Under the pieces are notes generated by a model, which worked only from the letters and a program-made list of their open reading frames with translations, had not been told where the DNA came from and did no database searches. This document shows positions 61,985 to 64,000 of a DNA stretch of 64,000 nt, in pieces (within the stretch, counting starts at the first letter, position 1; each line of letters begins with the position of its first letter). A program made the translations under genes and the position numbers. The stretch comes from Gekko japonicus (taxonomy: Eukaryota): positions 66,091 to 130,090 of the forward strand of contig NW_015167570.1 of the NCBI RefSeq assembly GCF_001447785.1. The letters are read 5' to 3'.

Positions 61985-62779
61985 GTTTGTAGTTAGAAAG
62001 TAGGCACTAAATATATTTCTCATACAATCATTTGCACAAATTCATGCTTTCCTCTGAAAGCCTTCAACTAGATTTTAATGCACATTTCCAAAGGGAATTC
62101 TTATTTTACACCTTTAGTTTCTTTGGTACTGAAGTGTCTCCATAAAGCTATTTTAAGATATCTTTTAAGGACTGTTTTTCAGCAGCAGTTTATCATTCTA
62201 GATGTTGTGGTTTAAGAAGGATCCTTTCCTAATTTGTATAAAAATAAGTTCTTGGGTTGTAACCTGTGAATTGCAAGTGGAATGGCACTTGGGGATACAT
62301 CTTTCCCACCACCACTATTTGCCCAGCAGCATCTTGAGACCTTCAGAAAGTTGGTTTTGGGGAATCTTGGTGAGGGGAAAAATGTGAGGCTGGGACTGCA
62401 GTATGGAGGGCAGAGGTGCTGCTAGGGCAAGATCTGGAGGCAAAGGTGCATAGCTCTGACTTGGGGAGGGGAGGCAACCACAGCACCTTGTAATTAGAAT
62501 ATGGCGGCAGTAGCTGTCGTTGCTTGCACAGACACCACCATTCCTGCACCGTGCCTAAAGAGCCCAGCTGCATGCATTTTGTGTGTGGTGTAGCAAAGCA
62601 ACTGCAGCTCAAGGAACGGACTGACCAATATTACCTCCCCCCCCCCCCCCCCCAATCTCTTGGGTGGGCTCCTCTGGCCAGTAGAGGCAAGCGAGTGTTA
62701 CATCTTTGACTGGGCACCCGCTTCTCTTCAGCCTCCTCCTCAAACTGGAATTTGTGTTTGTGCATATGGCCCCTGACCT

Positions 62780-62965
62780 CCATGGCCTAGGCTAGCCCAA
62801 TCTTGTCAGATCTCAGGTTCGGCCTGGTTAATATTTGGGATGGGAGACCACTAAGGAATTCCAGGGTTGCTATGCAAAGGAAGGCAATGGCAAACCACCT
62901 CTGTTGGTCTCTTGCCTTGAAAATCCCACTGGGGTTGCCATGCAGCTGTGACTGGATGGTACATA
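62780..62965 (+). mobile_element. 5S rRNA-derived SINE
   Basis: GCCCAATCTTGTCAGATCTC..GGCCTGGTTAATATTTGGGATGGGAGACC followed by AGGCAATGGCAAACCACCTC tail. Confidence 0.72.
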
Positions 62966-63211
62966 CACATATATACATACACATGGGCACACACGCCTGC
63001 CCTAATATGATCTGTTCCAGATGAGTTTGTTTAGCTTCTTGGGATTGTTTCATCATTTTACTCAGCGAACTATGATGATAAAGATGGAGCTCGCCATTGC
63101 AGCAAAACTTTAAAATTATAGCGTGGTAGCTGTGATGATGAGAGCCAAAGAAGTAAAGATCTTTTGTCACCTTTTAAAGATGAAGAGATTTGTTGTGGCA
63201 TAAACTTTTAA

Positions 63212-63520
63212 CCAGTTCGGTGTAGTGGTTAAGTGTGCGGTCTCTAATCTGGGAGAACCAGGTTTGATTCCCCACTCCTCCACTTGCACCTGGCTGGATG
63301 ACCTTGGGCAAGCCGTAGCTCTGATAAGAGCTGTTCTCGAAAAAGAGCAGTTGCTGTCAGAGCTCTCTCAGCCCCACCTACCTCACAGGGTGTCTGTTGT
63401 GGGAAGGGGAAGGGAAAGGCGTTTGTAAGCCGCTCTGAGACACCTTTGGGTAGTGAAGGGCAGGGTATAAATCCAATCCCCCCCCTCCTGCTCCTCCTCC
63501 TGCTCCTCCTGCTTCTTCTT
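63212..63520 (+). mobile_element. tRNA-derived SINE, full length, with (CTC/CTT)n tail
   Basis: Head CCAGTTCGGTGTAGTGGTTAAG..GGTTTGATTCCCC; simple-repeat tail. Confidence 0.8.
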
Positions 63521-63782
63521 TTGTGAACCAAGGCCCATTTTGTCAGATGTAAAATAAAGTTTGAAAATAATTTGCTATGCATTATTGTTTAAAACTTTAT
63601 CCCAATCTGGGTATGACTTTAAATAATCTCCTTCAGTTGCTGGTAGCTGGCATTCTGATAGCACTGAAATGTACTACCAAAGACAGAAAGAGAAAGAAAA
63701 AGTTCCGCTTCAGAGCTGTACTCTGACATTCGAAAGCATAAACAGATTTGGTATGCTTACTCTCTCTCTTTTTTTTTTGCAG

Positions 63783-63863
63783 GAGTTCTTAGTTGCTGTT
63801 GGCCTGCGAGGAGCCACTCTTCAGCACAGAGTACTTCCTTCAGGCTTAAGCTGGCATGAACAG
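63783..63863 (+). CDS. ATG2B: ATG2B exon 23 (gene continues beyond right edge)
   Basis: Encodes EFLVAVGLRGATLQHRVLPSGLSWHEQ; AG/GTATGT. Confidence 0.95.
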
Positions 63864-64000
63864 GTATGTTAAATTGACAAAAGCTGCATTCATAGTTGCT
63901 TTTATTACTCAGATGTTATAAGGATTATTTCACCACTGATGACAGTATACTAGGAGTCAGTGGTTTCTTCTGCTAGAACCTTCCATCCTAATATTACCTA

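Noticed and set aside
62310-62790. GC-richer block ending in CTAG as a second Helitron
   Set aside because: CTAG is followed by G and overlaps the 5S-SINE start; no convincing hairpin or A|TC 5' end.
63212-63285. tRNA gene
   Set aside because: The A/B-box-like head runs straight into a multi-copy SINE body.

Overview
Eukaryotic genomic DNA from a squamate reptile. The Sauria SINE points to a squamate; a gecko is my inference from the other repeat families. The scaffold has three N gaps (3490-4220, 22444-22503, 34930-34982). The window holds the conserved amniote block AK7 - GSKIP - ATG2B. AK7 (minus strand) shows coding exons 1-5 and runs off the left edge. GSKIP (minus) shows both coding exons, one partly in a gap. 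ATG2B (plus) shows coding exons 1-23, 1216 codons with consistent splice phases, and runs off the right edge. GSKIP and ATG2B share a head-to-head CpG island. Introns and intergenic DNA are dense with CR1, L2 and L1 fragments, tRNA- and 5S-derived SINEs, hAT-type MITEs and Penelope-like termini. I see no convincing novel multi-gene system. The best leads are: (1) a ~1.6 kb-period duplication that creates a decoy AK7 exon-2 acceptor, which may be an assembly artefact; (2) a structurally complete non-autonomous Helitron; (3) hammerhead-ribozyme-like motifs in Penelope-like termini, one inside the bidirectional promoter; (4) a perfect 72-bp fold-back with a TTAGGGTTAG loop; (5) two GC-AG introns in ATG2B; (6) CLEAR-like E-boxes and an RFX X-box. 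Gene and repeat identities come from recalled homology and hand translation, not database searches.
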